A DNA stretch of 64,000 nt from Octopus sinensis (GCF_006345805.1 NC_043014.1:42470001-42534000); one strand, 5' to 3'; shown: positions 11,548 through 26,172, counted from the stretch's first letter. Translations and numbers: made by a program. Notes: a model not told the origin generated them from the sequence alone.

Positions 11548-11845
11548 ATCATCATCATCATCATCATCATCGTTTAACGTCCGTTCTCCATGCTAGCATG
11601 GGTTGGATGGTTTGACCGGGGATCTGGGAAGCCAGAAGGCTGCACCAGGCTCCAGTATTATCTGGCAATGTTTCTACAGCTGGATGCCCTTCTTAACGCC
11701 AACCACTCCTTGAGTGTAGTGGGTGCTTTTTACGTGCCACCTGCACAGGTGCCAGGCGAGGCTGGCAACAGCCACGGTCGGATTGGTGCATTTTACGTGC
11801 CACCGGCATGGAAGCCAGTCGAGGTGGCGCTGGCATCGGCCACAT
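11548..11845 (-). mobile_element. family C repeat (RTE 3'UTR-type element ending in (GAT)n)
   Basis: Reverse complement of gtggttggcgttaggaagggcatccagctgtagaaac...cccatgctagcatggagaacggacgttaaacgatgatg; also 14010-14370, 21285-21545, 49930-50130, 57880-58010 (-) and 24424-24688, 56255-56445, 56930-57306, 62290-62680, 63705-63990 (+). Confidence 0.85.
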
Positions 11846-12374
11846 ATATTATATATATATATCTGTTCCGACTTGGCTATTTCTTACTGATGATTCTAAG
11901 GGCCTATGGTAGATTGGCTTGATTTAATTTAATCAGGTTAGTTTACCATTAAACAGTAGATGAAACGGTGCATCGTATAAGAAATTACAGGGTAAATGTT
12001 TTTTAATTTTCTCCTGGTTTACGGAATTGATGTTATTTTGCGGTTGAAGCTTTTGGCTGTTATTTCTAGTGGGTGAATGGCCTATTATGGCCGTTCCTTG
12101 ATTGTGATGTTGAACTTAAAAATGGTCTATGACTATTTAATTTTTTCCCACTAGGCCGCTGGTGGCAAAAAAATTCTACAAAAAATTTTTTGCCACCCTA
12201 TATTGATTAATTATATATATATATATATATATTTGTGTGTGTGTGCGAGTGTGTGTGTACTTTATTTTAAATGTGTGTAGCATTTCTTTTTATTTCATTC
12301 TGTTTTAAATGTTTTTAGATACATTTCAACGGAGAAATACTACTTATTCTGGTCGTGAGAGATAATAGGGTATG

Positions 12375-12458
12375 TAGTAGTAGTGGCGGTGGTGGTGGTG
12401 GTGGTAGTGTTGGTTGGTGGTGTCGGTGATGGTGGTCGTCATCATGCCACTAGTAGTT

Positions 12459-12523
<65 letters not shown>

Positions 12524-12529
12524 TGCAGC

Positions 12530-12563
<34 letters not shown>

Positions 12564-12803
12564 AAACTAGCAGAAGTAGTAGCAGCAACAGCAGCAGCAG
12601 TAGTAGTTGGTTGGTGGTGTCGGTGATGGTGGTCGTCATCATGCCACTAGTAGTTGTAGTAGTAGTATAGTAGTAGTAGTAGCAGCAGCAGTAGTAGTAA
12701 TAGTAGTAGTAGTTGTAGTAGTAGTTTGTAGTAATAGTAGTAGTAGTAGTAGTAGTAGAGGTGGTGGTATTATTATTATTAGTAGTAGTAGTAGTAGCAG
12801 CAG

Positions 12804-12846
<43 letters not shown>

Positions 12847-13030
12847 AGCAGTAGTAGTAGTGTAGTAGTAGTAGTAGTAGTAGTAGAGATAGTGGTGGTG
12901 GTGGTGGTGGTAGTTGTAGTAGTAGTAACATGACACCAGCATCTCACGCAACTCGCATTCTACGCAAAATGCGCCATCCATCACCACCACCAGCACCACC
13001 AGCACCACCACCATCACCACCACCACCACC
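12375..13030. repeat. compound AGT/AGC/CAT/GGT microsatellite with an internal ~60-bp duplication
   Basis: gttggttggtggtgtcggtgatggtggtcgtcatcatgccactag at ~12409 and ~12606. Confidence 0.95.
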
Positions 13031-15122
13031 AATAAAATAACGCAACCAACACCCCCACGCCCCCCCTACACACACACACACGGCACATGCTCTGCACAAT
13101 TACCATCCAACACTTAAAAACACATAACACAAATTAGACATCACACATGAGTACAATTACAGCTACCCAACAAAATAATTGGTTTAAATTTATGCATAAG
13201 GAAGGCCTGCAATTTTGAGGAGAGGGTGTTAGTGAATATCATCAACCCCCCCCCCCCCAGCACATGACTGGTATCTACTTTCATCTGTTATCTTCTGTTT
13301 GTCATATGTATCAGTCATTAGACTGTGGCCATGCTGGGGCACAGCCTTGAAGAAATTTAGTCCAACAAATTGATCCAAGAACTTGCTCTTTTTGAAGTTG
13401 GTACTTGTTCTATCAGTCTCTATTGCTGAACTGCTAAGCTGTGAGGATGTTAAACACACTAACATTGGTGCCATGCAGTGGGACTGAACCTGGAACCGTG
13501 TAGTTGGTAAGCAAGCTACTTACCATACAGCCATATATCCATATATATATATATCTCTCTCTTTCTCTCTTTACTTCTTTCAGTCATTTGACTGCGACCA
13601 TGCTGGAGCACTGCCTTTGGTCGAGCAAATCGACCCCAGGACTTATTCTTTTATAAGCCCAGTACTTATTCTATCAGTCTCTTTCGCCGAACTGCTAAGT
13701 GACGGGGACGTAAACACACCAGCATCGGTTATCAAGCGATGTTCGGGGAACAAACACAGACACACAAACATATACACACACATACACATATATATACATA
13801 TATATGACCGGCTTCTTTCAGCTTCCATCTACCAAATCCACTCACAAGGCTTTGGTCGGCCCGAGGCTATAGCAGAAGACCTTGCCCAAGATGCCACGCA
13901 GTGGGACTGAACCCGGACTGTGTGGTTGGTTAGCAAGCTACTTACCACACAGCCACTCCTGCGCCTATATATATATATATATATATATATCATATATCAT
14001 CATCATCATCATCAATCATCATCATCATTAGCGTCCGCTTCCATGCTAGCATGGGTTTTGACAGTTCAACTGGGGTCTGTGAAGCCGGAAGGCCGCATCA
14101 GGCCCAGTCTGATCTGGCAGTGTTTCTACGGCTGGATGCCCTTCCTAACGCCAACCACTCCGTGAGTGTAGTGGGTGCTTTTTATGTGCCACCCGCACAG
14201 GTGCCAGACGGAGCTGGGAAACGGCCACGAACGGATGGTGCTTTTACGTGTCACCGGCACGGGGGCCAGGCGAGGCTGGCAATGGACACAAGCGGATGGT
14301 GCTTTTACGTGCCACCGGCACAGGGGCCAGGCGAGGCTGGGAATGGACACGAACAGATGGTGCTTTTATATATATAGCTTGAATTTACAGAAAACAAAAG
14401 ACGAAGACAGGTGAGGGAACAACAAGCAGGGTATTAGTTTGACACTTGGGAAAAATGGAAAAGTCTTTCATGTTTCAAGCCTTTGCTCTTCAACAGAAAG
14501 GATGTGTAGGGATTAATGGTTCAAAATGATGAAATGACTGGAAGAAAGAGGCTGAACAAAAGGGAGATTATAATGATAACCTGGCTGAACTAAGGTGCAC
14601 AAGCACATGTGTGTATGAGATTGGTCAGTGTGTGTGTGTGTGTGTGTATGTGTGAATGAGGTGAGCTTGTGTGACTTTATGCATGGGCGAGCTTAAAGTT
14701 ATGTGGGCCTGTGTGTGTTTATGAGAGTGTGTGTGTGTGTGTGTGCGTATAAGTAACCTAGTGCATTCATTTTTTTTGAAGTGATGTATGTTTTGTGTAT
14801 TTGTGTGTGTTGTGTGTTGTTGCACGTGCATGTATGGACGTGTGTCAATGTGTGTGGGCTGTGTATATTATGTGCATGAGGTGAGGCTATGTATATAAAT
14901 ATATATATATATATATATATGCATATATATATATATTTATATGCAATATATATACATGTATATAAATATGTGTAGTGTGTGGGTATGTAATATATATATA
15001 TTGTATATATATGTTTGTGTGTATATATACATGTTTTATATGTGTGTATATATACGTTTTATATGAGTGTTGTGACTATATATATATATATATTTATATT
15101 ATGTATGTATATATAATATACT

Positions 15123-15159
<37 letters not shown>

Positions 15160-15727
15160 ATACATATATATAAACACATATAAGGAAATATGTCTATCGG
15201 GATTTATATTGTTCTGACCAGCCATCTATCCAGTTATACAGTTCAAAAACATATCAAGGAGTGGTTTTGTGTATTGTAATATTTCCTCTATAAACTATTT
15301 GTTAAAATTCAAATACCTAAATATAACCTTTCTTGTCGACTTTTCTATTCTTTGTTATTTCGGTTTTTTTTTTTTTAGAGTTTGTACATTAAAAGAAGCT
15401 TTTTTTTGTTTCTTATTTTATTGTTTCTTATTTTTTGCTTTTTTCCTTTTTTTTTTTTCATCTTTCTCAGATTCTGACATTAGCAATGCTTTGTTACATT
15501 CAAATACTTTATGTAAGTTTTTTTTTTTTGTATTTTCACTTGTTTATGACCATACAGCACACATGCACATGGACACACACACACACACACGCACACACAT
15601 GCACACATACATGCACACACATGCACACATATTGATATATATACATGTGTGTGGTGTCTGCTTGTGCTTGTGTTGTGTATGTATATATATATATATGTGT
15701 ATATTTATATATATCTATATATTATAT

Positions 15728-15759
<32 letters not shown>

Positions 15760-16559
15760 ATAATATATATGTATATATTATATGTATGTATTTATATATA
15801 TATATTACATATTACATATTTTATAGATAATATATGTAATATACATTTTATATATATATTATATAATATATATATATATGTTACACACACACACACACAC
15901 TCATTCATACATACATATGTGTATGTTGTGTAATATATATATATTCATAGATCATGTGGCTATGGCACAAATCAAAGCTCCCCAGCAGACCTGGCTAACA
16001 GACAACCTAGAAATCCAATATGGAGAAGTAGAATGCAGAATTCTATGCAGCTGAAATCCAGGACATCCAATTGAAGAAATTATTTCATGAGGCACATATA
16101 AGCTATAAAAAGTCAAAAGGTATGAGAGGTAAATATATGTATTTAACCACTTGTCATCGTTAAGATTACAGCTGTTTCATAGCTTTCTCCATGTAATTAT
16201 TATTTCAGTGTATAATAAATTATTTTACATGTCTGCACTAGTATGTATGCTCCGCATTATGCAATAAAATTCTCTATTTACAAATCAGTGCAGATAAAGA
16301 AAGTAGCACACCAACTAACTTGAACATCATGATTACACCAATGCTTTACCAATGCTATGTATGCCTGGTGTCACCAAGCCATCTTCAGGCTCAGGCCACA
16401 TGGTTAGTTTGATCTGAAAACCAGGATGCTGGTACATGAAAATCCATGTGAAAATACAAGAAGAAAGTTGATGTCAAATGTGGAATGAGAGGGCAAAGGG
16501 TGAATAAAAACAGAAAAATAAAGGGAAATTGAGAGTTACATCACCTTTGACCATATCAG

Positions 16560-17390
16560 TCATACTCTAGCTGGTATAGAATAATTCAATGGTGAGGAGT
16601 CCTAAAGTCTTCTAGGCAGCAGCTCAATTTAGAGAGGATTGTGTCCACCAGTTTGACTAAAGGAATTTGTCTATATACTTGCATTTCTGAAAATTTCATG
16701 TCTGGAATTAAGTTATGTCATGAAATTCTTGGATCTAATAACAATGTGCACTCATTAGGCTACACATAAGTTGCATCTCTTTGATTCATTTACAAATGGC
16801 ATATATTTATCCACAATTTCCTACCTGATTGTTTAGTGTGCAGTTGGACTTCAGACCCCGTATGTGGTTAGCCAAACTAGTCACTTTATTTTTATTGATA
16901 TTGATGTATCAGAAAGAAAACTGGTGGTTCACATTATGTCTTTTAAAATTGCCTTCATATGAACTGATGTAATATTTTGTTTCTTTAACATTATGTTGAA
17001 GCACTGCTGTGACTTCAGCCACATACACTACTGGATTCATAAAACACACCTGATCTAGTGGGCAAGTTTTAGAGTCTCACCAATTACAATTTGGAATGGG
17101 CTCTCAATGAGGCTTGCAAGTGACAATGTCCTTCATATTGGGGTATTTGATTGTATGTGGTGTGCAGCTGGTTTTTAGGAACTCATACATGACTAGCCAA
17201 CTTAATGGCTTCATTTTTATCAATGTGTCAGAAACAATACTGGTAGTTTGCATAACATTTTTTAAAGTTGCTTTCGTATAGATCAACATAATTTTTCTTT
17301 TCAAATTACAGAGTTATTGATGATAGTTAAAAACCAAGTCCTGGGAGAGGACTGTCCATTTTTGATTTCTCTTCATCGTCTACCTAGAGA
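16560..17390 (-). mobile_element. possible highly decayed Penelope-like RT remnant
   Basis: Minus strand gives KMDSPL (cf. MGSPL) followed by NYVD (cf. YVDD) at plausible spacing; many stops. Confidence 0.3.
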
Positions 17391-17690
17391 GAAACAGAAA
17401 AGACAACTCAATCTTGAGAATAGCAAAAAAAGTCATCCATGGCCTTCACCTCATTAGTAGTAAAGGACTTAATTAAGTAAAGTGATAGTGTAAGTGCATT
17501 GTGAATTACATTATTGTATTAAGTGAGAGCAGTGGTTGGAAGAATCATTAGAAATCGACCCCAAGACTTATTTTTGTAAGCTTAGTACTTATTCTATCGG
17601 TCTCTTTCTGCTGAACCGCTAAATTGTGGGCACATAAACACACCAGTTGTCAAGCAATGTTGGTGGGGACAAACACAGACACAAACATAT

Positions 17691-17727
<37 letters not shown>

Positions 17728-18747
17728 CGACAGGCTTCTTTCAGTTTCCATCTACCAAATCCACTCACAAGGCTTTGGTCAACCTGAGGCTATAGTAGAA
17801 GACATTTGCTCAAGGTGCCACGCAGTGGGACTGAACCCAGAACCATGTGGCTGGTAAGCAAGTTACTTACCACACAACCACCAACAACTATGCCATTTTG
17901 CTAACTTATATTAATATTAATATACATAATCATTTCTTCTATAGGCACAAGGCCTGAAATTTTACATCGATTTTCATCCCCACCCCATCCATATTCAACT
18001 GGTACTTAATTTATTGAAGCTAAAGTGATGAAAGGCAATGTCGACCTCAGCGGAATTTGAACTCAGAACACAGAGGTGGAAAAAAAATGCCAACTAGGAA
18101 GTTTGCCCGGCATGCTAAGAATTCTGCCAGATTGCTGGCTTATATTATTACAAACAAGAACAAAGGCTGTTATTCATTTTAACTCATTCATAACAGGATT
18201 AACGGTCGGAATAGTTCTATATGGAACAGTTATATATGCTTCTAGCTACCATAAACATGAAAGGGTTACCTCATTAACAAGATTTAGAGATGAATTAATT
18301 ATATGCTGTATCTATTGTAAGTGCTGCCAATGTTTGTGAACATTAGTTCTTCCCAGAATGCATTGCAACAAAATGCAATTTACATCTTATATATTCATGT
18401 AGGTTTTATTCTAGACAAGAAAATCTTAGCTCTTGCGTTTCTTTGTTGATGATTAATAATCAATATGACAGTGAGATAAGAAGTTTGTTTACCAACTACA
18501 TGGTCTCAGGTTCAAGCTCACTGCCTGGTACCTTGGGCAAGAGTGTCTTCTACCGTAGCCCGGGGGCCAATGAAAGCCTTACGTGTAGATATGTTTGATC
18601 ACTTTTTCTCTCTCCTTCTTTTGCTCTCCCTTTCAGCTAGGTAACCAAGTATCTCCTTTATAGCAGCACACCTGTTTCTGCCCTCTCTCTTGTTAACTCT
18701 CTTACCCTCTCTCTCTTCCTTTCTTTCTCTCTCTTTATCTCTTCTGC

Positions 18748-18782
<35 letters not shown>

Positions 18783-20084
18783 GTTATGTAACTATGTACC
18801 TCCCTTACAACAAGACATCTGTTTCTTATTTCTTTACTGCACACAAGGGGCTACACACAGAGGTGATGGTGATGGTTGAAAACAATCACAGGGGCTAGCT
18901 TAAGAGCCACCAGGAGTGGCTGTGTGGTAAGTAGCTTGCTAACCAACCACATGGTTCCGGGTTCAGTCCCACTGTGTGGCATCTTGGGCAAGTGTCTTCT
19001 GCTACAGCCCCGGGCCGACCAATGTCTTGTTGTGAGTGGATTTGGTAGACGGAAACTGAAAGAAGCCTGTCATATATATGTATATATATATGTGCATGTG
19101 TGTGTTTGTGTGTTTGTGTTTGTCCCACTAGCATTGCTTGACAACCGATGCTGGTGTGTTTATGTCCCCGTCACTTAGCGGTTCGGCAAAAGAGATACCG
19201 ATAGAATAAGTATTGGGCTTACAAAGAATAAGTCCCGGGGTCGATTTGCTCGACTAAAAGGCGGTGCTCCAGCATGGCCACAGTCAACTGACTGAAACAA
19301 GTAAAAGAGTAAAAGAGTAAAGAGAGAACGAGAGAGAAAGACAAAGATAGAGGTTGGACAGAAGAAAATTGTACTGAGCCCCGAATGGGAAGACAAAAAG
19401 GGTTGTTTATCATGCAGCTTTGCAATAAGTTCCAAGTCAACAAATTATATCATTGTTTTGATTAAAATTGTTCCATGCTTGAAAAATATTGGTCAAGTTT
19501 GATAAAATTGAATATTTACTCAATGCATGAAGTGTCATTGTTGGGCCCAAGGCCCAAATGAAGAGCCCTCCATAGGGGCTAGGTTAAGAGCCACCTAATA
19601 GGGCAGCTTTTAAACTAGTATATATATATATATACTCTTTTACTCTTTTTTTACTCTTTTACTTGTTTCAGTCATTTGACTGCGGCCATGCTGGAGCACC
19701 GCCTTTAGTCGAGCAAATCGACCCCGGGACTTATTCTTTGTAAGCCCACTACTTATTCTATCGGTCTCTTTTGCCGAACCGCTAAGTGACGGGGACGTAA
19801 ATACACCAGCATCAGTTGTCAAGCGATGTTGGAGGGGACAAACACAGACACACAAACACATACACACACTTATATATATATACATATATACGACAGGCTT
19901 CTTTCAGTTTCCGTCTACCAAATCCACTCACAAGCATTGGTCAGCAGCCGGGCTATATAGCAAGACACATGACCAAGATGCCACGCAGTGGGACTGAACC
20001 CGGAACCATGTGGTTGGTTAGCAAGCTACTTACCACACAGCCACCTCTGCGCCTATATATATATATATCCAAATTTTATTTGAT

Positions 20085-20310
20085 TTGCTTTGCGGGAAGG
20101 ACTGCTTCAATGAAGTCGCGTCTTGTCCTTACCTTCGAAATGCATAGTAGACAAAACAAGGACAAGAAGGGGAATATTCCTTGTGTTGTATGTCTTGTAC
20201 TCTGCTTTTTTCATTGTTTGAAAAAAATAGTTCGTTTCCATGTTTTTGTTTTTATGTTTTTGTTTCTCATTGTGTTCAACGTTTTTTTTTTATGTCTTGT
20301 ACCCATATAT
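20085..20310 (+). mobile_element. Penelope-like terminal fragment with decayed hammerhead-like motif
   Basis: CTGC-ttcaatga-...-cGAAA-TGCA-TA-GTAG at 20102-20150; inference from motif order. Confidence 0.35.
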
Positions 20311-20675
20311 GCATCTATATATACATATAGATGTAGATATGTACATATATGTATATATATATATGCATATATTTATATATTATTTATATTATTATATGAT
20401 CGAACGCCACGCATCCTTTTCCAAGTATATATATATATATTTATACATATATATAATACCAAAATATTTTCCAATTTCCTGGTTTGTTATAAAATAGCTC
20501 TGCAAACAATATTTCCACAAATTTCAACTCTAAAACATCTTACATCAATACAATCACTACAGTAGCTACATACACAGGATTGTAATACTGGAATGAGAAG
20601 ATGTACTTCAAGAGGACACAGCTGGGATTTTACCCCACCTACATAATATGGTGTGTGTGTCTGTGTGTGTATTTA

Positions 20676-20718
<43 letters not shown>

Positions 20719-20750
20719 ATATATATATATATATATGTATATACATATAC

Positions 20751-20783
<33 letters not shown>

Positions 20784-20789
20784 TATTAT

Positions 20790-20832
<43 letters not shown>

Positions 20833-22014
20833 ATATGTTATATATATGTATATGTATGTGTGTGTATATATATTCTTTTATTCTTTATTCAAAGCAGTCA
20901 TTTTAACTGCAGCCATGCTGGAGCACCGCCTTCAGTTGAACAATTCGACCCCAGGAATTATTCTTTGTAAGCCTAGAACTTATTCTCTCAGTCTCTTTTG
21001 CCAAACCGCTAAGATATGGGGACATAAACACACCAATATTGGTTGTCAAGCGATGATGAGGTGACAAATACAGACACACACGCATATACGATGGGCTTTT
21101 TACAGTTTCTGTCTACCAAATCCACTCACAAGCCTTTGGTCAGCCTGAGTCCAGAGTAAAAGACACTCACTGAAGGTGACATGAAGTGGGACTGAACCCG
21201 GAACCATGTGGTTGGGAAGCAAGCTTCATGCTACACAGCCACACCTGTACCTGTGTGTGTGTGTGTGTGTGTGTGTATATCATCATCATCATCATCATCA
21301 TTGTTGTTGTTCAATGTCCGCCTTCCATGCTATCATGGGTTGGATGATTTGACTGGGGACTGGCGAACCAGATGGCTGCACCAGGCTCCAATCTGATCTG
21401 GCAGAGTTTCTACAGCTGGATCTCCTTCCTAACGCCAACCACTCTGAAAGTGTTTTAGGTGCTTTACGTGCCACCGGCATGAGGGCCACTGGCAAGAGGG
21501 CCAGTCAGGCAGTACTGGCAACAGCCATTCTCAAATGGTGTTTTTTATGATGAGTAGCAAACGTAGTAGAATATAAGAAATAGTAGTGCACCAGGTGTAA
21601 ATATTTTGCATTTTTTAATTTTGACATTCGGAATTCCAAACTCACCTGGAATGACATTCACCCATCAGGTCGTCGTCATCATCATCATCACCACTATCAC
21701 CATCACCATCATCATCATTGAACATATGCTGACATGGGCTAGGCAGTTTGACAGAATCCAATAAACCCAAGGATTGCACTGTGCTCCAGTGTTTGCTTAG
21801 ACATGGTTTCAACAGCAGGATGCCCTTCCTAATGCCAAAACCAGCTTTCAAGCAGTGGAAGCAGGGGACAAACACAGACACAAAGACACACACACATTCA
21901 CACACACACACACAAGATGTCAAACAGTGGTAGCAGGGGAAAAGCACAAACACAAAGACACACACACATTCACACACACATACACACACACATGCACACG
22001 CACACACACACACG

Positions 22015-22073
<59 letters not shown>

Positions 22074-22289
22074 GTTGAAGTTCTTTCAGTTTCTGACTAC
22101 TAACTCCATTTACAGGGCTTAGGTCAGCCCAACGTTTTAGTAGAAAACACTTGCCCAAGGGGCCATGCACAGGGACTGAACCCTGACTCTTGTGGTTGAG
22201 AAAAGAAGCAAACATCTTACCATACAGCCACACCTGGGAATAACAACAATGAAAGGGTGAGATTTAGCAAACAGATAAGTCAATTGATT

Positions 22290-22930
22290 GGTAAATTTAG
22301 AAAGCATAAGAGAAGGTTAGGCTGAACAATAAGCATGGGAATATTCATTGAATTGAAATGTAGAAGCGATGTTTTGGTCATGCGTCAAGGACTGGAGTTT
22401 AGCTGCCAAAACAAGATCAATAGTGTTAGAAACTCACTTTGAACTTGCTCAAGGAGAAAAAGAATGTCAGCAGGGACACTAACTCAAAATTGGTAAAAGT
22501 ATTCCCCGCAAAGGTGAATAAGTGATTTGTACAAATGAAGAGATTCGGAGGAAAGATAATGACAACTTTGATATACAGAACCAACCTTTGTAGATAGTGG
22601 CTGTTTTAGCAATAGATTTGATATAATCATGCCAGATAAGATCTCAAGAAAAAGGTAAGGTTAAAAGAAAATAAAAAGGCAAAATAAGAAGACTTCAGAA
22701 GAACAGTGTTAAACATAGAAATAAGAATGTCATCAGAGTTCCTGCAATATTTGATGGAAAGTAATATGGCGTTTTGCAGAGTTGAAGACAACCAGCCACT
22801 GGAAACATCAATCAGTCCCTGATATGGGTCATGCTCAAGAGAACCAACTATTTTTGGTTGATTAGATGAATCAAACACCTCACTGAAGTACAAATACAAA
22901 GAATTGTCATCAGCAAATTGTTATAAAGAA
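22290..22930 (-). mobile_element. CR1/Jockey-group LINE RT remnant
   Basis: Minus strand: FADDNSLY (~22915), WL-VFNSAK, DLIWHDYIKSIAKTA, LHLYKSLI, interrupted by frameshifts. Confidence 0.8.
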
Positions 22931-24423
22931 AGAAATCAGTAATTGTAAAGTATAAAAGCCATCTCAGTATGGCTAACCACAAAGTGGGGGTGTTACTGTA
23001 GCTTTTTAGCCCCAGGAGATCATCGTCTCCAGCTGGCTTTAGACACACTTTCTGTGCCCTTGAAGTATTTGCAAAGGAAGGCCATCCCTTCCTCGTAAGC
23101 CTGAGTGATACGCACGGACCAGTTTCGAGATTATTGTCTCTTATCAATGGGCAGTAACCACCAGGTCATGATGAAAGACAAGGCCTGCTTTGCAAATATA
23201 TAAGAGTTTTTCTAATGACGTCTGCCACTGATAGGAAAAAGGGAAAAATTTAACGGGAAAAATTTGACAAGTCAGTCAGTCAATGGCTGACACTTGCTGA
23301 CGATACATCAAAGAGGTCAGGGAACAGAAGAAAGAAGAAAAAAGAAAACATGCACCCAACACCAGAGCTGAAGACACCTCCAAAAGGGGGGGGGGGCGCC
23401 ATGTCAAAACGGTAGAGGAGTAGGGGCCGAAACCAGACGTGGTTCCCCCTGATGATGTCTTGAGCTAACTGGATCCTATAAAGGAGCTGTTGTGGTAGCA
23501 GACCACGAAACACGGTTGTAATTCCTCAGTCAGTTAGTTATTTGATACACAGGTCACAAGGGTAAGCTGAGCTGGTGGACTGCTCATTACATAGCCTGGG
23601 ACTTGAAACTGGGCTATAGCCATTATATTATGCTCTGAGACAAGGTACATCTATACTATAGTGAAGAAAGATGCTCATTAATTAGTTGGGAGTATGACAC
23701 TTTTAGTAAAAGAAAACAATTATTCAAGTTTAAAGTGTCTAGAAAATTCTTAAAAATTCTAATTTTAGCATATTTTTATCAAAATGTGGTTGACAAGCCT
23801 TTTTATATTACAGAAGAATTTTAACAACAAAAAGCTAATTTTAATTCACAGCCAAATAGTGCTTTTCTTCTTTCTCTTTTCTTTTCTCCTTCTCTCACAC
23901 TTTGTGTTGCTACTCTACAAACATATCAGAAGAACATTTCTCCAAATTATAGTTTAATCCAACATCAGCCAAATTATGTTGATTCCGGTATCCTTTCATA
24001 TTTGGCGGGTAATTATGAAGAAATAGAAAGCTGAAAAAGAAAGTGGATTTAATTTACTTACATCAATTGTACCAAATACAAAATTGACTCATTTTCTTTC
24101 AAGTATTTGATTATTGCACATAGTGTTTGGAAGTAAATTAACCATTATAGAGGATTGTTGCAGTACATGATAAGGACTATAATGTGAAATCTGTTATATA
24201 TATCCAATAGTTAATTATTTTTATGAGAACTTCACAGTTTGTGTTTCTTCACAAATTTTAACACCGTCTTTGAGTGCTTGTTATTATTCTAAATTTATTT
24301 CTTGAGTGAGAGTTATTAGACAAATAAAAAAAAAAAATATGAAGGGTAATTAGATATAATACATCGGGAAAATTACACAAATTGGGAGTCAAATATACAA
24401 ATATAATTTAGCAATAAGCAATT

Positions 24424-24559
24424 GACGTTAGGAAGGGCATGGCGTTAGGAAGGGCATGGCGTTAGGAAGGGCATGGCGTTAGGAAGGGCATGGCGTTAGG
24501 AAGGGCATGGCGTTAGGAAGGGCATGGCGTTAGGAAGGGCATGGCGTTAGGAAGGGCAT
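24424..24559 (+). repeat. 8 tandem copies of the 17-mer ggcgttaggaagggcat at the 5' end of a family C copy
   Basis: Counted directly (first copy gacgtt...); continues as ccagccgtagaaac...gatgatg to 24688. Confidence 0.95.
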
Positions 24560-25975
24560 CCAGCCGTAGAAACATTGCCAGATCAGACTGGGCCTGGTCC
24601 AGCCTTCTGGCTTCCCAGACCCCAGTTGAACCGTCCAACCCATGCCAGCATGGAAAGCGGACGCTAAATGATGATGATGATGATGATGAAGCAAGAAACT
24701 GTCATCAGAATATATCAGAGATGATTAAGGCCTTGATAGATGTTACTGTTTGGTCCAAGTTGTTCTCTAAACAAGCAGATCTTGGATCAAAGACTCATTT
24801 CAAGTGTTGTCATCCTGTCTCTTTTCTTCTGTGAGACATTGTGGAACTGTGTCTACGTTATCTAATTTATTAATTTCAATAATGGCAGGGTGTGATTTTG
24901 AGGGAGATTTTTCTGCTGTTTTTAACAGTTTGTTCAACTGTGTATTGGTATCTTCACAAACTGATTACTTTAATTACACTGTGTAACAAAATTAAAATCT
25001 TTCTTGTCTTTGGCCAATAAATGTTATTTCATATTTGCTTCTATCTAGAAATCAAAGGAAATTGCTACTATTCCCTTCAAACTTTGCTTTTGTGACCTGG
25101 ACATCAATATTTTGAAACTGACTTATTTTCCATTACACTTCAAACTGATTCAGCGCTGAATTGCTGAAGCAGAAATATCGTTATAGCAAATATTCTGCTC
25201 AATACCACAAATTTGCTTGACCATAACCAATTGAGCATGTCTGTTAATGGCAGACAATATATGCATCACTGATCATGAACAGGAGTAGTGGGGGAGCACC
25301 ATAGCCATGTGTTGAGAGGGATTCTTTGAGGTTTAAATAAATGTAACAAAAAGTTTAAAGAAAATATCAATCATTTTTCATGCTTTCTAGGCACATGGCA
25401 CAGTAGTTAGAGCACCGGGCTCACTATCATGAGGTGGTGAGTTCGATTCCTGGACTGAGCTGTGTTGTGTTCTTGAGCAAGACACTTTATTTCACATTGC
25501 TCCAGTTCATTCAACTCTAGAAATGAGTCGTGATATCACTGGTGCCAAGCTGTATCTGGCCTTTACCTTTCACTTGGATAACATCAGTGCATGGAGTGAG
25601 GAGCCTAGTATGTATGGGTGACCACTGGTCTTGCATAAAAACAACCTTGCCCAGACTTATGCCTAGGACGGGAACTCTCTAGGTGCAATCCCATGATCAT
25701 TCATGATCGAAGGGGGTCCTTTTTATTCCTTTTTTTTAGGGGTAAGCAAATAGGAAATAACAGTCGCAACCCAAGGGCAAAGAATGTGTTACACAGTGTT
25801 ATCAATGCCTAGATGCAATGAGTTTCAAATGGGACAAACTATAACGAACACAATGTTGATTACAATGATAGCAATATTGATTATAGCAACTATGATGACA
25901 ACTTATGTTGATAATAACAGTTTCTAAATTTAGGCCCAAGGTCAGTGATTTTGAGGGGAGACCCCGGCTCTTTAA

Positions 25976-26172
25976 CCCTTTCAGCCTGGCTGAAACCGTC
26001 TCTGGCTCAGTAGTACAAATGTCTTGTTTTCATAAGTTCTGAATTAAAATCTTCCACCAAACCTTAGTCACAATTTATGATCCTAACATCAGCTTAAGTT
26101 ATTTTACTAATTAATTTAGAATTAATTGAAAGAAACACAGAGCATCTCAAAATAAATACTGTGATGAAAGGG
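25976..26172. mobile_element. piggyBac-type MITE
   Basis: TTAA-CCCTTTCA ... TGAAAGGG-CTAA ends; a related left end ttaaccatttagtattc occurs at ~54345. Confidence 0.65.

Noticed and set aside
23000-23560. Possible Tx1/L1 RT remnant (…FRPLLLYRF…)
   Set aside because: Only a vague resemblance; no diagnostic motif found.
24424-24559. CRISPR-like array (also 29-31 kb and 61 kb arrays)
   Set aside because: Repeats are contiguous without unique spacers, derive from retroelements, and no cas genes are present.
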